Source: the human T2T-CHM13v2.0 reference genome, Homo sapiens. Taken from it: 64,000 nt of DNA. Positions 39,511-64,000 of this stretch are shown here, piece after piece (position 1 is the stretch's first letter; every line of letters starts with the position of its first letter). Both the position numbers and the translations under genes were made by a program. Where the stretch lies: NCBI RefSeq assembly GCF_009914755.1, contig NC_060947.1; one strand, given 5' to 3'. The notes beneath the pieces were generated by a model, which had not been told where the DNA came from, did no database searches, and worked only from the letters and a program-made list of their open reading frames with translations.

Positions 39511-39563
39511 TAGAAACAGGGTTTCTCCATGTTGGTCAGGCTGGTCTCGAACTCCTGACCTCA

Positions 39564-39749
<186 letters not shown>

Positions 39750-40582
39750 TCATGCCATTCTCCCGAGTAGCTGGGACTACAGGCGCCTGCCACTGTGCCC
39801 AGCTAATTTTTTTTTGTATTTTTTAGTAGAGATGGGGTTTCACTGGGTTAGCCAGGATGGTCTCGATCTCCTGACCTCGTCATCTGCCCGCCTCGGCCTC
39901 CCAAAGTGCTGGGATTACAGGCGTGAGCCACTGCGCCCGGCCTTTATTATTATTATTATTTTTTGAGACAGGGTCTCACTCTGTCACCCAGGCTGGAGTA
40001 CAGTAACACGATCAGGGCTCACTGCAGCCTTGACCTCCCAGACTCAATCAATTCTCCCATCTCAGCCCCCCAAGTAGCTGGGACTACACGTGTACACAAC
40101 CACGCCTAATTTTTTCAATTTTTAGTAGAGATGGAGTTTCTCCATGTTGCCCAGGCTGGTCTTGAACTCCTGGACTCAAGTGATCCATCCACCTCAGCCC
40201 CACAAAGTACTGGGATTACAGGCATGAGGCACAGCACCCGGCATTTTTTCTAGTGATGGAGTCTTGCCACGTTGCCCAGGCTGGTCTTGAATTCCTGAGC
40301 TTAAGTGATCCGCCTGCCTTGGCCTCCCAAAGTGCTGGGATTACAGGTATGAGCTGCCATGCCTGGTCCAGCATGGTTCTTATAAGTAGTAGTCACTCTA
40401 AATGCTTGAATAATTGCAGAATTGGGGCTTAAGTTAATGTATTCCCAGTATCAGTATGCATTTTGTTGAATGTTGCATTTTCTTAAAGACTACTCCATAG
40501 CCAAAGGTACCCAATGTGCCTGGACAGACATATCTGCTGTGTCAAGTGCTGAGAGAATTGTCATAGCTAGAACTACACTTAC

Positions 40583-40754
40583 CTTCCACAGGCAGCCGCC
40601 GTCGCATGGCCAAGCGTTCCATTTTCCTCTGTGTCTCTGCCAGACTAAAAAGAACTCCATATACATATTGACGAGCTGACCGGAATAAGAGAGCAGCTGG
40701 AGGCAGCTCCATGTTACACTCATCCTCAATACATACGGGGATCTTAATTTCACC
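40583..40754 (-). CDS. FAM120C: FAM120C coding exon (probably exon 9), 172 nt, GEIKIPVCIEDECNMELPPAALLFRSARQYVYGVLFSLAETQRKMERLAMRRRLPVE(V)
   Basis: tgttag| acceptor, |gtaagt donor; phase 0 in, phase 1 out. Confidence 0.94.
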
Positions 40755-41663
40755 CTAACAAGAGAACATTCCAGGGAAAAGGGAAAAATGAGTTACCTCA
40801 AGGTTTAGAACTGAGCTGAGAAGAGCCAATAATAAACTGTAGCCTCTGTGGCCTACTAAATTTATTTGTATTTAGACAGTTTCATACTAAAAAGAAGCTG
40901 TAACAAGCTTAGCTGATTGCAGCCTACTTATAAGCTATATTTCATTTTTAAAGTCTCAACGGCTGGGCATGGTGGCTCATGCCTGTAATCCCAGCACTTT
41001 GAGAGGCTGAGGCGGGTGGATCACCTGAGGTCAGGAGTTCTAGACCAGGTGAAACCCCGTTTCTACTAAAAATACAAAAGTTAGCCAGGTGTGGTGGCAG
41101 GTGCCTGTAGTCCCAGCTACTCAGGAGGGCTGAGGCCGGAGAATTGCTTGAACCTCGGAGGCAGAAGAGTACAGCACTCCAGCTTGGGCAACAGAGCGAG
41201 ACTCTGTCTCAAAAAATAAAACAAAATAAAATAAAATAAAGTCTCAACAATGACTATAGCTAATGAATGGGGAAAGTCCACCTTAGGCATTTTGCTCGAG
41301 GATGGACATGTATAAGACCAGAGGAGGGGAACAGCTTTGTGGAAGTAGAAAAAGAAATAAGGAAAAGGGCATAAAGCCTCTTAGACTGTGTCCATCCCTA
41401 GAACCAGACCAACTTGGTGCATTATCTACTTCAAAATCTCACAATTACACTTCTCTTCTAGGGGACTCATTTACCACACAGTCCCAACTCCTGCTAGTCT
41501 GGCCTCACCTAAGGCCTTAGTAGGATGAGGGGCCCACCACATGTGGCCTTCTTTTTCTAACTTCATATACCAGTGACCAGAATGTTCTCTGTAACTTACA
41601 GTCCTAGGAAGTAGGAAGTACAGTGTTAAGAGCAGGGAGGTAGGTGCTGATGTGCTGCCTCAC

Positions 41664-41937
41664 CTTAGTGAGGACATGGTAGATATATGGGTACATAAGA
41701 CCCCTCCGGTGTCTGTGTTCAGCAACTCTCAAGACTTCTGGAGCTACTGGAGGTAAGGGTGGAATGGTGATATCCATGTGGTTCCTTGTAGACATAGACA
41801 GCAGAGATGGGATGTGGGGCTCACCATCACCTAGGCTCGCTTCTGAAACTCCAGTATCAACAGGCTGTGCCCAGGACCCTCTGTCACGATTGGGATTTCC
41901 CCACTCAGGCTGGTGATGAAATGCTTCTGTGATATGA
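41664..41937 (-). CDS. FAM120C: FAM120C coding exon (probably exon 8), 274 nt, (D)HITEAFHHQPEW...DITIPPLPPVAPEVLRVAEHRHRRGLMYPYIYHVLTK
   Basis: ttttttag| acceptor, |gtgagg donor; overlaps ORF 41604-41795; conserved FAM120 motif. Confidence 0.94.
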
Positions 41938-42721
41938 CTAAAAAATGTAGAAAGACAGTGTCAAACAGAAAAGGGAGATTGATAAAGATATTCCTACTTA
42001 AGATGCCTGTTCTGGACCCAAGGGGTCTCACAAACCCTTTGGAGGGCAGGACACTGGGTTAGCACTGGACTGGTACCTTTCCTCTCAATGGCCATTACTG
42101 ACTTCCTGGTTTCTTTCACCTGACACCAACCAAAGTGATCAAAAGTCATGGGAATCACTCTGGACCCTTTATACCTTGTAAGAGGCCATGTTTAGAGTTT
42201 GCTTATGTTTTAAGAAAATAATCACAATTACAACCTCAAAGCAGCTCTGTTTCCCAGGACTAATCTGCTTAGAGGAATAATCAACGAACAAATGAGCTAG
42301 CACAAATCCCACTGTTTTAATCCTCAGAACCCTGTCTTAGTTACTAAGCAATAAAATTGCTTACTCAACGATTCCACTATTTCCACTCTATAAATGCTTT
42401 TCTTTTTTTGACATTTAATCTGCCCTCCTCACAAATTAAGAAATGACAGCCACAATACCCATACCAAGGCTTCCTTAATCAGCTCCTATGCTGCCTTTTA
42501 CTTCAGTGGCCTGGGTGTTTGAAAATTACCATCTGCACAGGGCCAAATAAGCATGAAGTGGGCAAGCATAGAAAACGTTTTCCTACTTTGCTTTCCTAAG
42601 AGCAAAACACTACAGAGGAAACCCAGGAATACACTTTCCCACACCCTCCACCCATCTAACAAGCAAAATAATACAGATGCCTCAGAAATCTACTTCCTTA
42701 GGTGTCTACAGAGATACTTAC

Positions 42722-43002
42722 TCAGAGCTAGCTCCATTTGGCTCATCACCATCAGAGGAAGAGGAGTGGGAAGAGTCTGGTCCCAAAGGAGGTGAGGCTT
42801 TAGAAGGCAGGTAATTGGGAAACTGGGATGCAGAAGAGTCATAGGAGACAGCCCAATTGGCAAAGGGGCTGTTCTGCAGCATGGGATCCTCAGAAAAAGC
42901 ATGGGATTCCCCCAAAGCATGGGAGGAGAAGAGAAGAGATGAGTTGGGTCCCACTGGGAATGGTGGTGGATATTTCACTTTCTGGGGCACTTGATGAGAA
43001 AA
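42722..43002 (-). CDS. FAM120C: FAM120C coding exon (probably exon 7), 281 nt, Ser/Pro-rich FSHQVPQKVKYPPPFPVGPNSS...DGDEPNGASS(D)
   Basis: tttag| acceptor, |gtaagt donor; overlaps ORF 42718-42990; phase 0 in, phase 2 out. Confidence 0.92.
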
Positions 43003-43418
43003 CTAAACGATAAAACAGACAGAAAAGCTATTTAACATTTTATAAGGCTCCAAGGTGGCTCCCTCAGAAGTTGTGACACAGTGGATGATGCCAGCAGTGG
43101 AGATTGTTGAGATACAAAGCACCTAATGAGAATAATGAGAAATGATGTATGAACAGAATCCTCCACAGACAGGACAATGAACAGTTGAAGTCTCCTAGAA
43201 CTATTCTCTGATATTAGCTAATCTATTTTCACAATGACTAGTGGTTACTGATTTGGATGCTTTTTTTGCATAGTCTTCCAGCCTTAAGTTGAGAAGGTAA
43301 TATAGTATATATAGCCTTGACAGTCTAATAACACTGAATCACCCTAACTCCTCAGATTATAAAAATCAGGAAGCAACCTGAGTCTAATGCTATCTCAGGC
43401 TTCTTAAAGGATGCTTAC

Positions 43419-43495
43419 CATTGGCTTTCCAGCAGAAATGGTGCCCACTTGATTTCGTGGAAGGGGAGGATTTCCAAGCCTATTATTCCGAAAAC
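43419..43495 (-). CDS. FAM120C: FAM120C coding exon (probably exon 6), 77 nt, (G)FRNNRLGNPPLPRNQVGTISAGKPM
   Basis: cttcag| acceptor, |gtaagc donor; phase 1 in, phase 0 out, fits both neighbours. Confidence 0.9.
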
Positions 43496-43738
43496 CTGAA
43501 GCCAAGAGAAAGAGCTATACTTCAGTCAATCCTAATAATTTTACCATGTTATATTCTGCTCACCCCATATCACCTGAAAAAGTGTTATTAATAAATAAGT
43601 TACAATTTATTGAACAGCTACTATGTGCCATGCTGAGAACCTTACATAAATTATTTCATCTGATAAGAATCTTATAAAGTAGGTATCATGAGCCACATTT
43701 CATATAAATGTGACTTGCCAAGGTTCACTTGCTGGTAA

Positions 43739-44109
<371 letters not shown>

Positions 44110-44381
44110 TGAACTCCTGACCTCAGATGATCCGCCCGCCTCAGCTTCCCAAAGTGCTGGGATTATAGGCGTGAGCCACTGTGCCTGGCCAGGGCCCTTC
44201 TTATGTTACGTCTCTTATGACACAGAAATCAAAAGGAGAAAGCCTACCAAACAGGGATGAGGAATGACTTGTAGGAGGATATAACACGAATGAGTGATTC
44301 CACTCTGGCCCTGGAGTTCCTGAGGGACCAACTCAGTTTCCCCTATGAACAGAGCAGCTTAGGGTCAGATGGAAGCCTTAC

Positions 44382-44481
44382 CTAGAAAGGAGGGACCCAC
44401 TGGCAGCGAAGAGAGTTTGGTTGTGACTGAATAATACTCAACTGCTTTCTTGAATCGCTCTATTTTATCTTCTGTCCTGGA
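44382..44481 (-). CDS. FAM120C: FAM120C coding exon (probably exon 5), 100 nt, SRTEDKIERFKKAVEYYSVTTKLSSLPVGPSFL(G)
   Basis: catccag| acceptor, |gtaagg donor; continues frame from 59143; similar to FAM120A SRTDDKVIRFKRAIGYYS. Confidence 0.92.
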
Positions 44482-44790
44482 CTGGATGTTGGAACATCAG
44501 ATTTTCAGAAGAAAAAACATGAGAGTGTTTTTTTAATACAGTTCATAATTTGGGAATCAAAATAATTATCAGAAATCAAATATTTAAAGAAACCTAAGAA
44601 AGCAAATTTTCGCTTTGCAGACAAGATTAGGCAGGGAGAAAGCATTATGAAACATCAAATATGGAATACTTAAAGCTTATATTTTGTGCTATTCTAAAAT
44701 GATTACATGATCATTACAAAAAAATACAATGGGATAAGGGGGAAAAATCACATAGTACCACCATCCAAATATATTTTGGTGTCTTTCTAA

Positions 44791-45174
<384 letters not shown>

Positions 45175-46128
45175 TAAACTCCTGGCCTCAAACAATCCTC
45201 CTGCCTCAGCTTCCCAAAGTGCTGGGATAATAGGCATGAACCACTGTGGCTGGCTTACAGTATTATTTTGTATAATTTTGTTGATGTATAGCTGGTCTAT
45301 TTTAATATATGTATTTTTCTATAGTTGACAGTATGCTTTATGTACAATTTTGTATCCTGCTTTTATAATAATAATCTAAGTAATTTTGAATGGCTGCATA
45401 TTTTGTCATTATGAATGTGTCATAAATTATGTAACCTCTTCCCTAATAAAAACACTTAGGTAATTTTTCACATTTGGCTTTTGTAAGTTATACAGCAAAG
45501 AGTATATATTGTCTATATAAATTTTTTTCTGGATTTCAGATTATGCTCTTAGGAAAATATCCTAAAAATGAAATTATTGGTTCAAAAGGTATGAACATTA
45601 AAACCAAAGGCACTTAAACATATATAAAACCACAATATGACACCACTACATATCCACCAAAATGGCTAAAGTAAAAGACTATCAATATCAAGCACTGGCA
45701 AGGATATGAAGTAACTGAACTCCAGTACATTGATGGTGGGAGTGTACATTGGTACAGTTTGGAAAACAATTTGGCAGTTTCTTATAAAATTAAATTACAC
45801 TTACCATATGATACAGCAATCCTACTTCTTCTAGGAGGATACAGTTAAATACTACCCAAGAGAAATGAGTACATATATCCACCAAAAGACATGAACAAGA
45901 ATGTTAACAACTACTTTATTCATAATAGCCCCAAACTGGAAACAACTCAAATATATATCAATGGAAGAATAAATAAATTGTGGTATATTCATACAATGGA
46001 TTACTATACAGTTATAAAAAAGAACAAAGTATTGATATACACGATAATATGTGTAAGTCTCAAAGATATTATACTGAGTGAAGAAGGGAGACACAAAAGA
46101 GTACACATAAACTGGGCCTGGTGGCTCA

Positions 46129-46422
<294 letters not shown>

Positions 46423-46496
46423 TCAGGTAAAGGAGGGCCAGGTGCAGTGGCTCACACCTGTAATCTCAGCACTTTGGGAGGCCAAGGTGGGGCTCA

Positions 46497-46682
<186 letters not shown>

Positions 46683-47200
46683 CTAGGCGACAGAGCGAGA
46701 CTGTCTAAACAAACAAACAAACAAAAAGTTCAGGTAAAGGCAAAACTAATCTGTGGCAACAGAAGTAAAAATTAATGTTTATCTCTGTAGGGAAAGGGCT
46801 AAGAAGGGGCTTTTTCATTTATCAAGCCTTTTCCAAAGTTATTTAAAAGTCTCCTTGAATATAATTTTAAGACCATCATAATATTTCATCAAGTGGAATG
46901 GAAGATATTAAAGTCATTTTCAGTTTCTAATTATAAATAATACTCTCACATAGGCATATTTTTATGTAGGTCTTCTGGGTTATTTCATAGGGCAAATTTT
47001 TAGAAGTGTAGTTACTAGGTCAAAGGGTGTGATCGTTTTCACAAACTCTTGACACATGATACTAAATCTCTTTCCAAAACAGATGTCTCAAGTTATACTA
47101 CCATCATGAATGTACAAGAGTGTCCCACCATACAGCCCTAGTGTTGAGTATTCTCTACAAATAAAAAACTGTAAAACATGTATAATGTTATCTCTCATAG

Positions 47201-47476
<276 letters not shown>

Positions 47477-47929
47477 TGATCCGTCCATCTCGGCCTCCCA
47501 AAGTTCTGGAATTACAGGCGTGAGCCACCTTGCCTGGCCCCTGCTTTTATTTTTAAATTTTTTTATTTATTTGTATTTTTGAGACAGACAGGGTCTCCTC
47601 TGTTGCCCAGGCTGGAGTACAGTGGTGTGATGATAGCTCACTGCAGCCTTGAACTCCTGGGCTCAAGTGATCTTCTCACCTCAGCCTCCTGAGTAGCTGG
47701 ACTACAGGTGTGTACCACCACACCTGGCTAGATTGTGATTGTTAACACTCCAGGATCTATACAGCATTCCAGGCCTCTTTATTTGCAGCGTGCATGTACA
47801 TAAACACAAGAGTTGAGGTCTTCAGGTCCTCTAGCCTAACTTAAAAACAAAATGGCTCTCCTTTTTCCAAAAAGCTGAATTTCATGTAACTATTTGAAAG
47901 AAGGGTTCCCGGCCGGGCACGGTGGCTCA

Positions 47930-48405
<476 letters not shown>

Positions 48406-48412
48406 CTACTCA

Positions 48413-48517
<105 letters not shown>

Positions 48518-48633
48518 TCAAAGAAAAAAAAAAAAGAAAAGAAAAAGAAAAAAAGAAAGAAAGAATAGCTGGCCAGGCACAGTGCCTCACTCCTGTAATC
48601 CCAGCACTTTGGGAGGCCGAGGCAGGCGGATCA

Positions 48634-48927
<294 letters not shown>

Positions 48928-50007
48928 CTAAACAGTATAAATTCAAAGAAATCCATGCCAAACACATCACTGGCAAATTCTACCAAACAATTAAAGAAGA
49001 AATAACACCAATTCTACAAAATCTCTTCCAATAACAGAAGAGGAAAGAACTCTTGCCAACTCATTTCATTAAGTCTGGCATTGCCTTGAAAATAAAACCA
49101 GACTAAGGACAGCACAAAAAAATTATAGGTCAATATCCCTCATGAAAATAAATGCAAAAATACTCAATGAAATACCAGCAATTCAAATCCAGCAATACAA
49201 AAAGGGACTAATATACTACAATCACATCCTGGGAATATAAGGATGGTTGAATATTCAAAAATCAATCTAAAATATTAATGGACTAAAGAAGAAATACAAC
49301 ATGATCCTATCAATATATGTGGAAAAATGCAATTGCCAAAATACAAACACCCAGGAAACTAGGAATAGAAGATAACTTCCTCAACCTGATAACATGCACA
49401 AAAACTACAGCTAATATCCTATTTAATGAAGACTGAATGCTTTCTCTAAAGATCGGGAACAAGATAAGAATATATATTCTTAGCATTTGTATTCATATCA
49501 TTTGGAAATCCTAGACAGTGCAGTATAGTCAAGAAGAAAAAGGCATACAGATGGGAAAATAAAATAAAATGGTCATTATCCATAGACAATATGATCACCT
49601 ACACAGAAAATCCCAAGAAATCTACCAAAAAACTCCTAGAAGTAATAAGTGAGTTTAGAAGAGTCATAGAATACAAGGGCAACATTCAAAAATCAATTGC
49701 ATTTCTATATATTAGCAATGAACAATTAGAAATTTAAAAAACAAAATATCCTTTATAATAGGTGTCTCAAATATGAAATACTTAAGTATAAATATTTTTT
49801 ATATGTACAGTTGTATGCTAAAAACTATAAAACTTTTAGCTGATGAAAAAAATCAAAGAAGACCTAAATAAATAGGCAAATAATATTCATGGATTCAAAG
49901 GCTCACCAAATTCATCTATATATTTAATGCGATTCCAATAAAAATTGCAGCAATATTTCTTTTTTGTAGATGTATAGACAAGATTATTCTAAAATTTATA
50001 TGAAAAG

Positions 50008-54237
<4,230 letters not shown>

Positions 54238-54919
54238 AAAATTTATACGGAAAGACAAAGGAACAAATATAGATAACAGTGAAAAATAATATAAGTTGGC
54301 TGGGTGCAGTGGCTCATGCCTGTAATCCCAGTATTTTGGGAGGCCAAAACAGGAGGATTGCTTGAGCCCAGGAGTTTGAGACCAGCCTGGGTAACATAGC
54401 GGGACCTTATCTCTACAAAAAATTTAAAAATTAGCCAGGCATGGTGGCACACACCTGTAGTTCCAGCTACTTGGGAGGCTGAAGCAGCAGGATCACTTGA
54501 GCCCAGGAGGTTGAAGCTGCAGTGAGCCATGTTTGTGCCACTGTACTCCGGCCTGGGCAACAGAGTGAAACTCTGTCTCTAAATGAATGAATGAATGAAT
54601 GAATGTGGTGGAATCACTAACCAATTTTAAGACTTATTATAAAGCTACAGTAATCAAGATAGTGTATTACTGGTAAAAGGATAGACACATAGATCAACTG
54701 AACAGAACAGAGTCCAGAAGTAGACCCACACAAACATGGCCAATTTATTTTTAACAAAAGTGCAAAGGTAATTCAATGGGGAAAAGATAGTCTTTTCAAC
54801 AAACTGTGCTGAAACAATTTGACATCCATATGAAAAACACAACCTCTCATACTTTATACAGAAATGAACTAAATATGGATGATTTGTTCTAAAATGTGAA
54901 GTGCAGAACTATGTAATTA

Positions 54920-55066
<147 letters not shown>

Positions 55067-55254
55067 TCAGCCAGGTGTGGGGGCGCGTGCCTGTAATCCC
55101 AGCTACTCAGGAGGCTGAGGCACAGTAATCGCTTGAAGCAAGGACGTGGAGGTTTCAGTGAGCTAAGATAGTGTCACTGCACTCCAGCCTGGGTGACAGA
55201 GTGAGACCCCATCTCAAATAAATAAATAAATAAATAAATAAGAAAAACAGAAAG

Positions 55255-55915
<661 letters not shown>

Positions 55916-57317
55916 ATATTTTTAAAAAAGAGAACAAAAGAATATTGTCATGCCTGCGGTTGGGCAAAGAGTTCTTAGACATCACACCAAAAGCATGACC
56001 CATAAAAGATAAAAACTAATGAAAAATTTAAAACTTTGCTCTGCAAAAGATGCTGTTAAAAGAAAAGACAACTACAGACTGGGGGAAAATATTTGCAAAC
56101 CAGATATCTGTCAGAGCACTCATATGCATTATAAAGAACTCTCAAAACACCACAGTAAGTAAATGAACAAACCAATTTTAAAAAAAAAAGGAAAAGACTG
56201 TTCATGAACAAATCATTTACCAAAGAGGATATATGAATGAAGTATGCTCAGAACAAAAATGTTGGCCAGGTGCAGTGGCTCACACCTGTAATCCCAGCAC
56301 TTTGGGAGGCCGAGGTGAGCAGAAGGCTTGAGCTCAGGAGTTTGAGACCAGCCTAGGCAACACAGCAAAACCCTGTCTCTACGAAAAGTACAAAAATTAG
56401 CCAGGCATGATGGTGTGCGCCTGTAGTCCGAGCTACTTGGGAGGCTGTGGTGGAAAGACTGCTCAAGCCCGGGAGGCGGAGGCTGCAGTGAGCAGAGGTC
56501 GTGCGACTACACACCAGCCTGGGCAATAAAGTGAGACTGTGTCTCAAAAAGAAAAAAATGTTCATCATTAGTCACTTGGGAAACATAAAACTATGACGAG
56601 CTACCACTACGCACCTATTAGAACAGCTATAAAAAACACTGACAATCTGTTGTATAACATGGCGGCTACAGTTAATAACAACGTATTATATTTTTGGAAA
56701 TTACTAAAAGAGTAGATTTTAAATGTTCTCACCACAAAAAAATGAAAAGCATTTGAGGTAATATATATGTTAATTAGCTCGATTTAGCCATTCTATGATG
56801 TATACATATTTCAAAACACGTTGTATGCAATAAATATATCTAATTTTCATTTGTCAATTAAAAAAATAAATGGAAAAAAACCTGACAATACCAAATGCTG
56901 GTAAGGAATGGAACAGCTACTTTGGCAAGGTCTTATAAATTTAAACATACACTTACCACATGACCCTGAAACTCCATTTGTAGGTATTTACACCAGGGAA
57001 ATAAAAACTTATGTTCATACAAAAACCTGTACACAAATGTTTATAGCAGCTCTATTCATAACACCATAAATCGAAATAAATCTAAATATTCTTTAACGGG
57101 TAAATGTATAAACAAACTGGCATATCCATGCAATGACTATTACTCAGCAATAAAAAGGAATGAATTATTGATACAGGTAACACGCAACAACTTAGAAGAA
57201 TCTCAAAGGTAGTATGTTGAATTAAAGAAGCCGTTCTCAAAATATCACATACTGGGCCGGACGCGGTAGCTCACGCCTGTAATCCCAGCACTTTGGGAGG
57301 CCAAGACAGGTGGATCA

Positions 57318-57552
<235 letters not shown>

Positions 57553-58009
57553 TCACATACTGTATGATTCATGTGATATTCTTTAGAGGATGCAACCATA
57601 GTAACAGAAAATGAACTGGTGGTTGCCAGGGGTTAAAGGTAGGTTTGGGTGTTATTACAAAGGGATAGCATGTTTTTTGGGGTAGTACAACTGTTCTGTA
57701 TTCTTATTGTGATGATGGTCACATAAATCAATACATGTGTTAAAATTCACAAGTCAGCTTGACTGTATGTTAATTTTAAAAATAAGTGAGAAATCCAAAT
57801 TGAAAAATATAAATCAAATTGTTAAAAATAAAACTAACTTATTTTCATAATTTTTAGTTTCATTTTGTAGAATAAAATCCCAGTTGAGCTCTTTTTCCAC
57901 TATTAACAATGAAATTTTCATTCTTGTTTTATGTGGACTCACTTTAAGCAGTCTTTTTTCTTTGCCCATTATCTTCCATTGAGGAAGAACTCCTTTATGT
58001 TAAGATACA

Positions 58010-58365
58010 CAGATGCTCCTTGATTTATGACGGGGTTATGTCCCAATAAACACATCACAAGTTGAAAATATAGGTCAACAATCCATTTAATACACCTAGC
58101 CTACTGAACATCACAGCTTAGCCTAGCCCACCTTAAATGTGCTCAGAATACCTTACATTAGCATATAGCTCATCTAACACAGAGCCTATTTTATAATAAA
58201 GTATTGAATATCTCATGTAATATACTGAATACTATACTGAAAGTGAAAAACAGAATGGGTATATGGGTACTCAAAGTACAGTTTCTACTGAAAGCATATT
58301 GCTTTTACACTATTGGAAAGCAGAAAAATGTTAAGTTGAACCAACGTTAAGTCAGGGATCATGTG
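58010..58365. mobile_element. MER47A-like Tigger MITE
   Basis: CAGATGCTCCTTGATTTATGA...TTAAGTCAGGGATCATGTG degenerate TIRs. Confidence 0.75.
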
Positions 58366-59142
58366 TACATTTTTAAAAATTTATTTTCAAATTTCTTTGG
58401 GGGAAAGAAAGGTCTTGCTATGTTGCTCAGGCTAGTCTCAAACTCCTAAGCTCAAGTAATCTTCCTGCCTTGGCCTCCCAAAGTGCTGGTATTACAGGTG
58501 TGAGCCACCATGTGTACACTGAAACAAAAAAAGACTAGAAAGACATATGTCAGAGTGGTAACTATAGCAAGTTGTTTATGGGTAATGATATTTTATGTAA
58601 TTTGTTTTCATTTTCTAAATTTTCTAGAATGGGCTTATATTACTTTACCGATTTATTTTTTTTTAAGACGAAGTTTCACTCTGTCACCCAGGTTGGAGTG
58701 CAGCGGCGCAATCTCGGCTCACTGCAACCTCCGCCTCCTGGGTTCAATCAATTCTTCTGCTTCACCAAACCCAGCTAATTTTTTGTATTTCTAGTAGAGA
58801 TGGGATTTCATCATGTTGGCCAGGCTGGTCTTGAACTTCTGACCTCAAGTGATCCACCCACCTTGGCCTCCCAAAGTGCTGGGAGTACAGGTGTGAGCCA
58901 CCGTGCCCGGACTAGAATGGGCTTATATTACTTTAATCATCAGTAGAAAAAAAGGTAAAGGGCACTTTCAATCCAGGCTGTGTAATGTTTTTTAAAGGAA
59001 ATTTTGGAGCTCTCATTTGTAAGCATGGAGAAGACAAGCAGCTAGGAAAACTTAGGTGTCACAGAAAAGATCAGGGACCTGCTGGTGTTGCTGAAGAAGG
59101 TAAGAAAACGGAGGACTCTTAGGAAGGGGAATGCTAACTTAC

Positions 59143-59271
59143 CTGAGACTGTTTGAAAACATCCTTCCCAACTACATCCAGGTTTGAGGGATCTTTGATG
59201 GAACTGACATACTCAGAAACAGCCTTGATCACCACGTCACAGGGAGGAAGAACCAGCTGATGAGCTCGAAC
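59143..59271 (-). CDS. FAM120C: FAM120C coding exon (probably exon 4), 129 nt, VRAHQLVLPPCDVVIKAVSEYVSSIKDPSNLDVVGKDVFKQSQ
   Basis: Hand-translated; tttctag| acceptor and |gtaagt donor; phase 0/0; peptide matches FAM120 family as I recall it. Confidence 0.93.
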
Positions 59272-60216
59272 CTAGAAAGGCAAGATAAGCAAGGGACACT
59301 GACATCAAAGATGGATCACTAAGAAAAAGAGTGAAGTTGAGGGGAGATATGGAATTCACATTTGGTAAATCCACAGAGAGACAGTTAAAATATTTTCTTT
59401 AAAAATAGTTTTGCCCCTTCATTCTCAGTACAGAACACTTGGAAAAGATGGAAAAGTATAAAGCAATAAAAACATATCATCCATCTTCCTGCAGAGATAA
59501 CTACTGTATATGACACTGTCACAATTAATCAGGCTTCCTTTCATGAGACATTTTGGCTTTTTTGCTATTAAATGTAATATTATAATGAGTTGACATTTGG
59601 ATTCTGATTTGAACTAATCACAAAAGGCCATTTTAAGACAATCAGGAAAATCTGAAAATGGACTGGATATTAAGATGATACCAAGAAATTAGCATTAATT
59701 TTGTCAGGAGTAATAATGGCATTATGCTTATGTAAGAAAATGCCCAAGTATTTTAGAGATGTGTACTGAAGAATGTGAAAGGGATTTGCTTTAAAAAACA
59801 TTAACAACAACAAAAAAACCCAGAAAGTGTGGCAAAATACTGGTAACTGTTGGATCTGGAACACGTTACAATGGTGATTTACTATATATTATGTTTCCTG
59901 TTTTTGTGATACCTAAACATTTTTTTTTTTTTTGAGACAGAGTCTCACTCTGTCATCCAGGCTGGAGTGTAGTGGTGCAATCTCGGCTCAATGCAACCTC
60001 TGCTTCCCGGGTTGAAGCGATTCTCCTGCCTCAGCCTCCCAAGTAGCTGGGATTATAGGCACGCACCACGACTGGATTTGCTCATAAAATATTCCCACTC
60101 TGAGATTATACAAAATTTCCCTCATGGTGTTGTCTATAATTATTATTATTTGTTTGAGACGGAGTCTTGCTCTGTCGCCCAGGCTGGAGTGCAGTGGTGC
60201 AGTAGGGATTGTCTAG

Positions 60217-60468
<252 letters not shown>

Positions 60469-60629
60469 TAAAGAAAAAGTTTTTAATGCTTTCATAAACT
60501 ATAAGTATGACGTCTTGCCCACTTTCCAATTATTTAATTACAAGCTTCCTCAAACTGTAATTACTGAGGCAGAGGGTATAAATTTTCCAAAGGCTTCTGA
60601 ATTTTTATAAATTGTTTTGCCAAAAGGCT

Positions 60630-64000
<3,371 letters not shown>

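Overview
Human/great-ape genomic DNA, mostly repeats (dozens of Alus nested in old L1M/L2/MaLR debris). Seven in-phase coding exons of FAM120C lie on the minus strand (59271->24412, probably exons 4-10), all with canonical GT-AG junctions. The 15.9-kb intron 24662-40582 holds two young retrotransposons in the gene's sense orientation. One is a full-length L1HS Ta-0 with open ORF1, ORF2 and ORF0, a 16-bp TSD, a 14-nt non-L1 5' extension and a variant ATTAAA signal; the other is a full-length SVA with a 12-bp TSD. Also present are an internally deleted L1PA5-like element, a tail-less internal L1PA7-like fragment, an RPL37 processed pseudogene, MaLR LTRs and Tigger-derived MITEs. The least expected structure is a ~940-bp inverted duplication (9847-10782 / 16650-17593) copied into the middle of an Alu, with a ~720-bp apparently perfect core and a diverged tip, suggesting gene conversion or an inversion substrate. 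Several smaller template-switch scars occur at 2314-2480 and 60198-60247. I see no evidence for a wholly new biological system. Repeat subfamily calls are from memory of consensus sequences, and repeat boundaries are approximate unless TSDs are given.
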